Below the pieces are notes generated by a model that was given only the letters and a program-made list of their open reading frames with translations, had not been told where the DNA came from and searched no databases. Of a stretch of DNA of 34,660 nt, positions 1-8,975 are shown piece after piece (within the stretch, counting starts at the first letter, position 1; each line of letters starts with the position of its first letter). The position numbers and the translations under genes were made by a program. Where the stretch lies: sequence record DRR723986_9235; one strand, written 5' to 3'.

Positions 1-77
1 ACCGAGCCGGGTCGATAATCTTGCAAGCAGAAAAACCCGCACGCAAGCCCGGCTTAGCGTGCATCGCATTGTTATGC
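1..77 (-). repeat. attC-like integron cassette recombination site (truncated by window edge)
   Basis: Minus strand GCATAAC-AATGCGATGCACGCTAAGCCGGG...CCCGGCTCGGT begins 12 bp after the stop of the 90..644 gene; same architecture as the two complete sites; the R' end lies outside the window. Confidence 0.75.
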
Positions 78-89
78 GTCGTCGGGTGC

Positions 90-644
90 CTATTTCGAGA
101 TGCCGAATGGCCCACCGAATCCACCCTCGATGTGAAAATTGGATTTCTTCTTCGTGGTTGTATTGTAATAAAACAAGAAGTTTTCACCATCGCCATCACT
201 GACGTAAGGAACAGAAGTCATTTCATGGAATTCATCAATGTCATCAACCAGAGAATACATACAAATGACAACTTTTTCGCCCTTGTTGTTCGTGGCACCC
301 ATGAACTGCCCGCCATAGGCGTGGCGTATTGACCGTATACGGTTGATACCATCCGTGAAATGTTCAAGGTCTTTTGCGTCGGGATCATTTAGAGCAACGT
401 CAGCAAGGTACGCACCAAGCGTAAGGTCAATTTCTTGAATCAACTTTGCGTCGGGTTTGAAGTATCCTGCGCCTGTGATCTCGGAATACCACTTAGATCG
501 TCGAAACATGTCAACGTGTGATTTTGCATATGACGGGTCGAAAGCGACAAGCCGCGTCGAAACAACGGTGTTCTTAGTTTTGGGATTGCTGCCATTGTCC
601 TGCAGAAGTGAGAGCAAGCATGCGGCGAATGCGAGTGGGATCAT
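90..644 (-). CDS. Gene-cassette hypothetical protein, probably secreted
   Basis: ORF 90..683; the start at 683 lies inside the attC, so ATG 644 (MIPLAFAACLLSLL, signal-peptide-like) is preferred; flanked by attC sites. Confidence 0.7.
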   Translation of the reverse strand: MIPLAFAACLLSLLQDNGSNPKTKNTVVSTRLVAFDPSYAKSHVDMFRRSKWYSEITGAGYFKPDAKLIQEIDLTLGAYLADVALNDPDAKDLEHFTDGINRIRSIRHAYGGQFMGATNNKGEKVVICMYSLVDDIDEFHEMTSVPYVSDGDGENFLFYYNTTTKKKSNFHIEGGFGGPFGISK

Positions 645-664
645 TGCTTGTTTCTGGTTGAAAT

Positions 665-755
665 GCATAACATTTGAAATCACCGAGTTCCGTCAGTGAA
701 GTTGTTGTGCAAATTCGATCCACCAACGGAACTTCGGTGGATTTCTTGGTTATGC
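665..755 (-). repeat. attC-like site
   Basis: Minus strand GCATAAC...GAAATC(C)ACCGA(A)GTTCCGT...ACGGAACTCGGTGATTTC...GTTATGC: complementary R''/R' boxes, long stem with two unpaired bases, 2 bp after a stop codon. Confidence 0.88.
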
Positions 756-757
756 CG

Positions 758-1183
758 CTATTCTGCTACAAAAGCATCTCTTACACCGTGCTCGTCAACG
801 GATACGAAGAAACCCCGAGTGCCTTCGTTCGGTAGGTCTAAATCATACACAAGTTCAACCGAGTCGCCTGAGTGTTCCCCAACATGGACGGATACCCAGT
901 CACGCATTGCTTCAGCTAGCTGTGATGGATGCGTCAATTCTGGATGCAACTCGCAAATGGAAATGGCGATTTTGGGCCAGAGTTGTGAATACTCTCGCTT
1001 TAACCAACGAACGGTATTGCGATGCAATTCAGTCGGTCCGGATTCGTCGCTCCAGACATGCAGCGCAAAGTAGTACGTAGGTGGATGCGGTAACTCGGTG
1101 CTCACGGTACAGTCCCACGCGTCTATCCCGTTGAACTGCATGTATCCAAAATCTGGATCATATTCGTCAGCGTCGTCGGGCAT
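758..1183 (-). CDS. Gene-cassette hypothetical protein (acidic, 141 aa)
   Basis: Single ORF filling the space between two attC sites. Confidence 0.75.
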   Translation of the reverse strand: MPDDADEYDPDFGYMQFNGIDAWDCTVSTELPHPPTYYFALHVWSDESGPTELHRNTVRWLKREYSQLWPKIAISICELHPELTHPSQLAEAMRDWVSVHVGEHSGDSVELVYDLDLPNEGTRGFFVSVDEHGVRDAFVAE

Positions 1184-1213
1184 AGGATTTAGGTCGTTAG
1201 ACAGCGTGGTGTG

Positions 1214-1305
1214 GCAGAACGTCCGGGGTCACCGGGGACGGAAGAAAGACTTTGCCATTGCCAAAACGCGCGCAAGCCGCCCTCCAGTGCACCCCATGGT
1301 TCCCC
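1214..1305 (-). repeat. attC-like site
   Basis: Minus strand GGGGAAC-CATGGGGT(G)CACTGGAG...CCCCGGTGACCCCGGAC-GTTCTGC; AAC/GTT core, bulged G, 92 bp. Confidence 0.82.
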
Positions 1306-1394
1306 GTTCTTTGTCTGTGATATGGGCGACGTCTGGACGACCGTGCACAGCAAGCCACTCCAGGTGAGCCTCAACGCACTGCGGGCAGATCGTT

Positions 1395-1682
1395 CTACAA
1401 TCCACCGTGTCCATGCGGGAAGTCCGCCGTGGATGCATCATACCAGTTTGGCGCTCGTTTGGTTAGCGTTACGGTTCTGAGTACCCCGGATGATACGTCG
1501 CAGCTTGGAGTGCTCGCCAATTGCAGGGCGCTTTCATGACGCAGGCAATACAGAAGAAGGTCGCGAATCTTGAAGTCGTCTGACGGCATCGAAGGGCACT
1601 CGAGTCGAAACGCGTCGATTCGGTCTCGCGTGTGTTTTGGAATGTGAGGCTCACCCAGTATCTTTGCGGCGATTTTCTTCAC
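1395..1682 (-). CDS. First-cassette hypothetical protein (possibly frameshifted)
   Basis: 95-aa ORF starting 3 bp after GTTCTAG; a second frame (1229..1441, CxxxCxxC) runs on to the attC. Confidence 0.4.
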   Translation of the reverse strand: MKKIAAKILGEPHIPKHTRDRIDAFRLECPSMPSDDFKIRDLLLYCLRHESALQLASTPSCDVSSGVLRTVTLTKRAPNWYDASTADFPHGHGGL

Positions 1683-1713
1683 GATCTAGAACGTGTCAGA
1701 CGCCACTTTTCGC

Positions 1714-1777
1714 TTGAATTAGTCCACTATTCGCGCTAGTGTCATCCGTAGAGCCGCACTTGCGGCAGTACGGTGAA
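1714..1777 (+). promoter_or_regulatory. parA promoter with 4 x 8-bp operator repeats
   Basis: TTGAAT(1714)-17 bp-TAGTGT(1737), then ccgtagag ccgcactt gcggcagt acggtgaa (1746-1777) directly before ATG 1779. Confidence 0.65.
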
Positions 1778-1778
1778 C

Positions 1779-2399
1779 ATGATTTATGCATTTATCAATC
1801 AAAAAGGCGGTGTCGGAAAAACAACGCTTTCCATCCACACAGCCTCCGAGCTAGCTCGGCGAAAACGACGTGTGCTGTTAGTCGACGCAGATCCCCAGGG
1901 GAGTGCGTTGTCCTGGTCTAACTGTCGTGAAAATCCGAACTTCTCAGTCGTAGGAATGGCCAAATCGACGCTCCACCGTGATCTAGATTCAATCGCGGCG
2001 GACTACGATGACGTCGTAATCGACGGTCCACCACGCGCAGCGGAAATCGCGAAGTCCATCATCTTGGCTGCAGGCGTTATTGTCATTCCCATTCAGCCCT
2101 CTCCTCTAGATGTTTGGGAGGCAGCTAAGACCATTGATGTCATCCGCGAGGCAGCAGTGTTTCGTCCAGAGATTCGAAGCTGTATCGCTATCAATCGACG
2201 CATCGCGAATACGGCGATAGGAAGAGATGTACGCAGTGCATTGATCGAGCTGGACGTCCCTGTTCTCAAAGCGGACATCGCCCAGAGAGTCGCATTTGCG
2301 GAGTCTGCGGCAACGGGTGATACCGTTCTGGACACTCCACGAGGGAAGGCAGCTCAAGAGATCAAGCGGTTTGTCAGCGAACTACGGAGGATCAAATGA
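1779..2399 (+). CDS. parA: Short ParA/ParF-type partition ATPase
   Basis: NQKGGVGKTT deviant Walker A, LVDADPQ, VVIDGPP; no N-terminal HTH. Confidence 0.95.
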   Translation: MIYAFINQKGGVGKTTLSIHTASELARRKRRVLLVDADPQGSALSWSNCRENPNFSVVGMAKSTLHRDLDSIAADYDDVVIDGPPRAAEIAKSIILAAGVIVIPIQPSPLDVWEAAKTIDVIREAAVFRPEIRSCIAINRRIANTAIGRDVRSALIELDVPVLKADIAQRVAFAESAATGDTVLDTPRGKAAQEIKRFVSELRRIK

Positions 2400-2647
2400 C
2401 CAAACGCATTACCATGACAACTCGGCCTCAATCCGTTGCTCCCAAGACTGCCGATGATTGGGTGGACAAAGCCGTTGATTCCAATCAACCGAAATCAGAG
2501 AAACCCGTCCGTCTCACGTTTGATCTTGATCGTAGTGTTCACACGAGGCTTCGCCGGTATTGCCTCGATCAGGACATTCACGTTTCAACATTCATCCGGC
2601 GGCTTATCGTAGGTAGCCTCGGAGAACTATCCGATTCAAATAATTGA
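2396..2647 (+). CDS. ParG-like ribbon-helix-helix centromere-binding protein
   Basis: Overlaps parA stop (ATGA); flexible N-terminus then VRLTFDLDRSVHTRLRRYC...VSTFIRRLI RHH pattern. Confidence 0.8.
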   Translation: MTKRITMTTRPQSVAPKTADDWVDKAVDSNQPKSEKPVRLTFDLDRSVHTRLRRYCLDQDIHVSTFIRRLIVGSLGELSDSNN

Positions 2648-2698
2648 CTTATCACCATTTGGAACGTCACAAAGGTCCCTTTGGACGTGTGGCTGCAC

Positions 2699-2902
2699 CT
2701 AAAAGTGACGGCCCTGAGGTCGCGGAAGCTTGTGGATTGCTGCTCTAGCACGTTCCAGATAATCTGCGAGCTGCTCTTCTGAGACCCGTCGACAGCCGCC
2801 AATCTCGTAGGAGCCAAGATCGCCACGTTTTACCAAAGCATAGGCCATACTCAGGCTTACTTTGAGTTTGGCTGCGACTTCCTTGATTGTGTAAAGTATC
2901 AT
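2699..2902 (-). CDS. Excisionase-like HTH DNA-binding protein
   Basis: LYTIKEVAAKLKVSLSMAYALVKRGDL...IGGCRRVSEEQLADYL. Confidence 0.85.
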   Translation of the reverse strand: MILYTIKEVAAKLKVSLSMAYALVKRGDLGSYEIGGCRRVSEEQLADYLERARAAIHKLPRPQGRHF

Positions 2903-2916
2903 TCCGTCCCCCTCTT

Positions 2917-3648
2917 CTACTTTAGGTCGATATCCCGTCCACCAGTCCTGCGTGCCTGGCGCTGCTGTGTTCCATGTTTGTCGCTTGTAAGTGCTGCCGC
3001 AGCCGAAAAGACCATCGTGGCCCTTTCAGCGTTCGCTTCGTCGATTTCACAGATCGGCAGGGCTCTGACGGAATTTGCATTCGCGCCGCCCAGTTGTCGC
3101 ACAAGCTCGACTCCCAGCGTGATCCGCAGAATGCGAGCAGTCTGAAGGTGGAACTTAAGGTGCGGCTTCCGCTTCTCTTTCGCAGCCGCACACAGACGTG
3201 CGTCTTCGTCCTGTGAGACGGTAAACTTGGCAGCTACCGCATAGCCGCTCCAGGCTCTCCATAGAACGATGCCATCGGGGAACATTTCTGAGCGAATACC
3301 AATCGCTTTTGGAGTGAACCAGCATTCGATCTTCCTGGCGAATACGCGTCGAGCGAGGAACCCCCATAAGGAATCTCGGATGTATGTAATCGCGAGTGGA
3401 CCGGATATCAGCCCTCCGAAGTAAATTGCCAATAGGCGTTTTCCGGCGGTCATGCTTGCGGATAGCTCCCACGCCAAGCAGAGTCCCACCAAGAACACAA
3501 TTGTTGCGATGCAACTTGCCGTAAGCAGAGCCTGTTCGAAGCTGCGCCAGGTTGGATGTCGGAAAACCACGTAGGCTTTTCGCTCTTTCTGGTCGTAATG
3601 CAGATGCGGATATGATGGTAGGCCTGGTGACTGGTACAGCTCTAGCAT
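2917..3648 (-). CDS. Membrane protein (2 TM plus soluble C-terminal domain), transfer operon
   Basis: 243-aa ORF overlapping the T4CP stop; two hydrophobic segments. Confidence 0.75.
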   Translation of the reverse strand: MLELYQSPGLPSYPHLHYDQKERKAYVVFRHPTWRSFEQALLTASCIATIVFLVGLCLAWELSASMTAGKRLLAIYFGGLISGPLAITYIRDSLWGFLARRVFARKIECWFTPKAIGIRSEMFPDGIVLWRAWSGYAVAAKFTVSQDEDARLCAAAKEKRKPHLKFHLQTARILRITLGVELVRQLGGANANSVRALPICEIDEANAERATMVFSAAAALTSDKHGTQQRQARRTGGRDIDLK

Positions 3649-5216
3649 GCTAGCCCCCGATCGTAGCGATCGCGAAACAACTCATGCTGGTCGTAGCATA
3701 CGCGTTGGCAGATCATTGGCCGATAACCGGGTCGCAGGACGAGCTGTCTCTGGAGTCGGTCGTCGCGACCAAAGAATCGGCAAATCTCTTCGGCTGTGAG
3801 CAGCGGATGAACGCCCAACGACCAGCTTTCCCCGGTAGCTGCCTGCTGTGTAGCCTGATCAAAACTCGGAGCGTTCGTGGATTTGGAGAGCGTGCTGGCC
3901 TGGCCAAGTCTTTTGGAAACATATTCACTCGTCGTTTGATCAGCGATACTGTAACACTGAAGTACCCCAGCGTTGGCAATGAACGTTTCCCAAGACTTTG
4001 GGTATAGTGACTGAAGCTGTTGTAGATCTTGCAGGACGGGAATCAGCGTTACGCCTAACCCAGCGATCTGCCCCGCCGCCGATGCGATGCACTGGAGCGG
4101 ACCGAGAACATTGAATTCATCGAGCATAAGAATCGTGTTAGCGCCAACTTGTTCTTTTTCTGCTTCGTGTGCGGCCAAGGACAATTGGACGATAAGCCGC
4201 AGCCAGCCACTCAGGTCCGCCATTCGCATCGCGGGCAGCGTTACGTATAGTGCAAGTGATTTGCGCTTCAGATCACGCAGATCGATTGATTCACCTTCTA
4301 GCGAGTCGGCCATACACTCGATGCCGATCCAGTCGACATGTTTTCGAAGGTTGGAAAGGACGGAACTGAACTCCCCACCCGTCCTGTCGTAAAATCCGCG
4401 GGCAGCTGCACGGACAGCGCCACCGGCCGCGTCGCTGGCGAGCATTTCTAACTCCAGCCAGTATCGTTTTGGATCTTCAGCCGCAGGTGCGGCGATCTCG
4501 CTGATTAGGTGCCAGACTGTCACCAGATTCCTATGCCCCTCGTATCTCGGGTGCACAGAGACGTGGAGAATAATGCCGCTGAGTATCTGCTTAGCAGTCT
4601 CGTCCCAGTGTCGATCCTTAAAGTCCCCAGATACGATCATCGAGTCAGCCACAAGTTTGGCATCCGGTACAAAACAGTTTGGGTTGCGAGGGTCGAGAAA
4701 GCTCAGTGGATTGAAGTGAGCCCGGTACTTGCTGGTCTCTGCGCCGGACACTTCGAATGGATCCAGTACAGCCACGTCTTGCCCCTGGATGCCTTCAGCC
4801 CGCCAGCGTGCTGTCAGTCTTGCGTTGTCGCCCTTGGGATCAATCGAGAGGATCGACGTACTGGCCGGAAGGGACAGCAGATTTGGTACGATCATTGACC
4901 TCCCTTTATTGCCCCTGGAGCCAGCGATCAAAATGTGATGACGATCGTCCCCTACTCCAATCGGTGTTCCGCCCTTTACAAAGCGTGTTGCTCTTCCATC
5001 TTGAAGCCTTAGCCCGTCTACGGGATCGCCACCTAGAACGCCCAGGAAACGCTTAGATTCCGGATTGTCTCCGATGTTGAACCTGAGGGATTCAGTGGCA
5101 AGTAGGTTTTCAGGGGCCTCAAAGTATGCGTCAGGAGGAACGCCCACGAATCCTTCGAACTGCCCACGCGGTAAATCCCCAAGAAGATCCAACCGTTTGT
5201 TTTCTTCGTTTTCCAT
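3642..5216 (-). CDS. virD4: Type IV coupling protein (VirD4/TraG family) without N-terminal TM anchor
   Basis: Walker A-like AGSRGNKGRS, IDPKGD, FNPL, HWDETA, Walker B MLDEF, LQDLQQL, YVSKRLG; AGGAG RBS before ATG 5216. Confidence 0.9.
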   Translation of the reverse strand: MENEENKRLDLLGDLPRGQFEGFVGVPPDAYFEAPENLLATESLRFNIGDNPESKRFLGVLGGDPVDGLRLQDGRATRFVKGGTPIGVGDDRHHILIAGSRGNKGRSMIVPNLLSLPASTSILSIDPKGDNARLTARWRAEGIQGQDVAVLDPFEVSGAETSKYRAHFNPLSFLDPRNPNCFVPDAKLVADSMIVSGDFKDRHWDETAKQILSGIILHVSVHPRYEGHRNLVTVWHLISEIAAPAAEDPKRYWLELEMLASDAAGGAVRAAARGFYDRTGGEFSSVLSNLRKHVDWIGIECMADSLEGESIDLRDLKRKSLALYVTLPAMRMADLSGWLRLIVQLSLAAHEAEKEQVGANTILMLDEFNVLGPLQCIASAAGQIAGLGVTLIPVLQDLQQLQSLYPKSWETFIANAGVLQCYSIADQTTSEYVSKRLGQASTLSKSTNAPSFDQATQQAATGESWSLGVHPLLTAEEICRFFGRDDRLQRQLVLRPGYRPMICQRVCYDQHELFRDRYDRGLAC

Positions 5217-5226
5217 GGAATGGCTC

Positions 5227-5925
5227 CTAGTCAAAGCGTGGAAGTAGCGGCGTGCTACTCAGTTCGTTTTCGATGACATAGCTGCCCTCGTCGAATCCGG
5301 CCATTGTGAGGATCTGCTGCCAGCGTGCAGTGTGAGACGTTGATACGTAGTAGAGAGCAAGCGCCCCACCCGCCTCGCGGTACTTTGACAAAGACGCAAC
5401 CATCGCATGGCCCTGAATCGAACGCTGAGTTTTATCAGTTTCGTTGTCTCGCAGATCGCTGAGCACTACCGTCAGCAGACGCGTTCTTGGAGTCACTCCG
5501 CGACGCGCGACCACATAGTCCACCGTTGACTTGACCGCATTGAAAACCGGAGAGGACGAACCGTCAGACTTTGCCTTGAGATATTCGTTGAGAGCCTCAG
5601 GTGACTTAAATTGCCGCTGCAAGTCGGAGGGGTGTCCATCGAAAACGATGGTACGTTTCTCTGCGCTCAGCTGGGCAATAATGAGACGGTTATTTGTGCC
5701 CATCGCCTCGGTAAAGTACTGTTCAGAGAGTTCAACGAAGAGCCGGTAGGCTCGATCATCCCAGCTGTTTGCAAACGAGCCTGACATGTCAATCAAGAAG
5801 GTCATGCATCCATCGAGCTCTTCCTGCTCAAAGGTACTAGTCAGTCCACGCTTCTTCTTCGGTACGCAACCGGGAAGCATTACTAGCGCGAGGAGTGCAC
5901 ATAGAAATCCGAATTGCTTATTCAC
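5227..5925 (-). CDS. VWA-domain lipoprotein
   Basis: Signal peptide with lipobox LPGC; MIDAS-type LIDMSGS and VVLSD. Confidence 0.75.
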   Translation of the reverse strand: MNKQFGFLCALLALVMLPGCVPKKKRGLTSTFEQEELDGCMTFLIDMSGSFANSWDDRAYRLFVELSEQYFTEAMGTNNRLIIAQLSAEKRTIVFDGHPSDLQRQFKSPEALNEYLKAKSDGSSSPVFNAVKSTVDYVVARRGVTPRTRLLTVVLSDLRDNETDKTQRSIQGHAMVASLSKYREAGGALALYYVSTSHTARWQQILTMAGFDEGSYVIENELSSTPLLPRFD

Positions 5926-5937
5926 TGCATAGTCTTT

Positions 5938-6540
5938 CTAAATGAGGTTGGAGGTTTTCCAGTCAGCGTGCCACCAGCCAATGATGGCCAGTCCACAGGT
6001 GTAGAGTATAGTTGCGCCGGGCGCGACCCACGATGGTGTCTCGCTCCAGCCGCTGGACCCCTGCGAGGCAAGTCCCACATAAAAGATTGCCGCATCACCA
6101 ACAACCAACGTGACTGCAATGAACGACAGGATGTAGAACACGATTGGTTGACTATGCCGCATGGCCGCGATGCGTCCAAAGCCCTGAAGTTCCATGAACA
6201 ATCTGCCCCACAGCCATGTCACCACCACAAAGAGCAACAGCGACATTAAGATCGCCAGATCCAGGCGGTCGAGTCCGTCGTAGTCACGAGCAAGACCAGC
6301 ACCGGGGATGGCAAGTTTGTAAAGACGCATTTGGAAAAGTGGCATCATTTGACGCAGCCCCTCAGCGATCACGGTTGCGTAGATGATTGCCACGATTGGC
6401 AAGATGATTGCGTTGGCCACGTAGTACACCAAGCACTCGCTGAGCTTGCGGGCCCGTCTGAGCGGGCGATGTTGGCTCGAGGCTTGCTGACCACGTTGCT
6501 GCGGGTAGACAGGCTTAAAGGAACCCAGATGATCAAACAT
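5938..6540 (-). CDS. Integral membrane protein (~4 TM)
   Basis: 200-aa ORF with four hydrophobic stretches, overlapping the upstream gene. Confidence 0.8.
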   Translation of the reverse strand: MFDHLGSFKPVYPQQRGQQASSQHRPLRRARKLSECLVYYVANAIILPIVAIIYATVIAEGLRQMMPLFQMRLYKLAIPGAGLARDYDGLDRLDLAILMSLLLFVVVTWLWGRLFMELQGFGRIAAMRHSQPIVFYILSFIAVTLVVGDAAIFYVGLASQGSSGWSETPSWVAPGATILYTCGLAIIGWWHADWKTSNLI

Positions 6541-7267
6541 AGTTTTGGTTCCCTATCGAGATCTTCTCAGCTCCCTTGAGCTCGCTGAGAATGTTCTCGA
6601 GCTCGTTGATCAACTCCTCGCGGTCCTTCGGCGTTGCGTTTTTCTTGAGTGCAACTCGAAAAAATCTACCGCTCCTCTTCCATGCTTTGCCAAGTAAACT
6701 CCGCTGGGGAGCAACAACCGGCGAGCTTCCACGGGCGCTGTCCTGCTCCTTAGACTCAAGGCGTTCATTCCGAATTGCATTGTCTCTCAGGTTATTGGCA
6801 AAGCTGATATCAACGGTTCTTTGCTGCTCTGCATGCTCGATCGCCGCGTCGACCGCCGACTGCGGAGTTGAGTCCCTCGCAAGAATCTTGAGTGCTTCAG
6901 CAACAAAGTACTGGGGCAAGTCGGGGTGCTCGTGAAACAGCTTGCCGAATGCCCGCCAGACTTGCCGAAATTCGTATCCGAGAGACCTCCCTATTCCCAG
7001 CCGCTCGCACATACCAGCGAATAATTCAGGGTGGCGTTCTTCTTTGCTGGATAGAGCAAACAGTTCCAACATACCACCGAATATCAATACGCGTTGCACT
7101 CCGGTGGCCTTGCAGTTCGATTCTACGTAGTCACCAATCTTGATAACGTCTTGTTGTTCAAGCCTAGCTGCACAATTCTCCAGCTCCATCTGGCTCGTTA
7201 CAGCTGCTGCTGCCAAGACTTCAGTGTTGGATCGTTTTTCGAGGATGAATTCGTAGACGTTTGACAT
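6533..7267 (-). CDS. Hypothetical soluble protein, possible HTH DNA-binding
   Basis: 244-aa ORF with AGGAG RBS; ERLGIGRSLGYEFRQVW is HTH-like. Confidence 0.7.
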   Translation of the reverse strand: MSNVYEFILEKRSNTEVLAAAAVTSQMELENCAARLEQQDVIKIGDYVESNCKATGVQRVLIFGGMLELFALSSKEERHPELFAGMCERLGIGRSLGYEFRQVWRAFGKLFHEHPDLPQYFVAEALKILARDSTPQSAVDAAIEHAEQQRTVDISFANNLRDNAIRNERLESKEQDSARGSSPVVAPQRSLLGKAWKRSGRFFRVALKKNATPKDREELINELENILSELKGAEKISIGNQNYV

Positions 7268-7268
7268 G

Positions 7269-7547
7269 TTATTCTCCTATTCGTCGTGAACGCTGGGGCG
7301 CAAATACTTGCCACCAGAGCAAGGGAGATAGCCCGAGTCTCCACAGCAACAAAGCGAGGAGAACTGCGACAATGGAAACCAGTAGGTGGACGAGTGACAG
7401 ACAGCGGCAAATGGTCTCCGCAAGCCATCGTGGCGTAGTCGTTCGTCGATCTGGCTGGTTCTTCGGAAATATCATTGGATTCATGCTCAACTCCAGCATG
7501 TTGTTAATGGGTAAGGCTGCAAAGCACGAACCTGTGGGTCTATGCAT
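7269..7547 (-). CDS. Small membrane protein (start uncertain)
   Basis: Hydrophobic LSLVHLLVSIVAVLLALLLW; tightly packed in the operon. Confidence 0.5.
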   Translation of the reverse strand: MHRPTGSCFAALPINNMLELSMNPMIFPKNQPDRRTTTPRWLAETICRCLSLVHLLVSIVAVLLALLLWRLGLSPLLWWQVFAPQRSRRIGE

Positions 7548-7562
7548 TGGCGATGGGTTTGT

Positions 7563-7859
7563 TCAGTAGCAAGCTGTAAGCCATACCAGCCCGATGCCTC
7601 CAAGCAGCCCCGTTACGAAGCGGCGTGTGTTGGTGGTGCGACCCGTCGTATAGCTAACAATGCCGTCGTAGGTTGCCGGGAGACCGATTGCCACAGACAA
7701 GACGATTATCCCCGGCGTTCCTCCTAGCCAGCCCATTGGGGCAGAGGCGACCGTCGAAGCGATAGCGATACCGACAGCTGCTCCTGTGCAGCGAGCACAT
7801 AGCGGACAACATTGGTGTAGGCCTGTGATCGGGCGGCCATTACAAATTGGATGACGCAT
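7563..7859 (-). CDS. Small Gly/Ala-rich membrane protein
   Basis: Start overlaps upstream stop (TAATG); 2-3 hydrophobic segments. Confidence 0.55.
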   Translation of the reverse strand: MRHPICNGRPITGLHQCCPLCARCTGAAVGIAIASTVASAPMGWLGGTPGIIVLSVAIGLPATYDGIVSYTTGRTTNTRRFVTGLLGGIGLVWLTACY

Positions 7860-8026
7860 TACTTCCGCGGTGTAACGCTGATCTGTCGATTGTCAGTGAC
7901 GGTGTAACCCTTGCTTTTTCGGGGCTTGCTGAAAAAGGAACAGATCAAACAGACACCAATAACGAGGGCTAAACCAATGAGCGGATCGGCTTCATTCGTT
8001 TGACCAAGAATCACAATTTTGTTCAT
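7859..8026 (-). CDS. Small single-TM protein, first gene of transfer operon
   Basis: GAGGAG RBS before ATG 8026; PLIGLALVIGVCLICSFF followed by a basic tail. Confidence 0.6.
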   Translation of the reverse strand: MNKIVILGQTNEADPLIGLALVIGVCLICSFFSKPRKSKGYTVTDNRQISVTPRK

Positions 8027-8178
8027 AAAGATCTCCTCGGAAGCATGATTGATTGAAATCCCCTGTGGTCTCAATGACAGAGGGCAACAGACATCCGGTG
8101 GGAATTGCGACGTGGTCGAGGCGTTGCCGAACGCTTCGATGCGAAGCAATCCATCCACGGGATGTTCTCCTACCAAGC

Positions 8179-8203
8179 AGTACCTATCTCACGAGAGAAT
8201 TCC
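8179..8203 (-). promoter_or_regulatory. Candidate ECF-type promoter GGAATT-N13-GGTACT
   Basis: Same motif and spacing as 11133..11157. Confidence 0.4.
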
Positions 8204-8299
8204 CACGGAGTAAGAAAAAAAGCAGCAAGTTTTTTGAACGCCGCTCTTCGCATACAATCGATTGCGCTGCAATCGTTCTATTGACTTGGAGGAGATGCG

Positions 8300-8917
8300 A
8301 TGAAGGTGGACAATCCGGGAAGAGTTCTTGGCGAATCGAAAACACCCAAGAGCCTGGTTGAAGGACTGCAGAGTGGCAACGAAGAAGCCTGGCAGAGGTT
8401 CATGGCTTCTTACGGCGAGAACTTGAAGCGATGGTTGGGACAACTCCTCGGCCGGCATACAAACAACGATCTCGATGACCTGTTCAACGAGTTTGCATTA
8501 CGCGTGTTTCAGAGCTGGCCAAAGGTTCAGTACGATTCTCAGAAGAGCTTCAAAGGCTGGCTCGTGACCACCGCGAAACGTATGTGGCTCAATGTCGTTA
8601 AGGCTCGCAAGAGCATGCCAGCGAACCTAACCCAGAACTCGATCGACTGGAATGCAATCCAGCTCAGCAATTTGGACGAAGCAGACCTGGAGTTTGACGA
8701 AACTCACGAGCGGATACTCAAGGAAGCGGAAGCCTTCGTCGAGCAACAGGTCAGTCAAGAGGAATGGCAGTGTTACATTCAAGTTGTGCACCTGTTCCAG
8801 CGCGTCAATGATGTTGCCGCGTCACAGGGGCTACCGACAAGCACTGTATCCGCTCGGTACAGGAGAATCCTGGGGCGCGTCCGCAGCAAAGCCCTCGAAC
8901 TGCTAGAGCTCGAGTAG
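8300..8917 (+). CDS. ECF RNA polymerase sigma factor
   Basis: SLVEGL...EEAWQRF...DLDDLFNE...YDSQKSFKGWL region 2; C-terminal HTH VNDVAASQGLPTSTV; GGAGG RBS. Confidence 0.88.
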   Translation: MKVDNPGRVLGESKTPKSLVEGLQSGNEEAWQRFMASYGENLKRWLGQLLGRHTNNDLDDLFNEFALRVFQSWPKVQYDSQKSFKGWLVTTAKRMWLNVVKARKSMPANLTQNSIDWNAIQLSNLDEADLEFDETHERILKEAEAFVEQQVSQEEWQCYIQVVHLFQRVNDVAASQGLPTSTVSARYRRILGRVRSKALELLELE

Positions 8918-8975
8918 GCCATGTCGACTGAGATTACCACACTGCAAGCATGGCAGGCCCTGTCGCAACTGCAAG

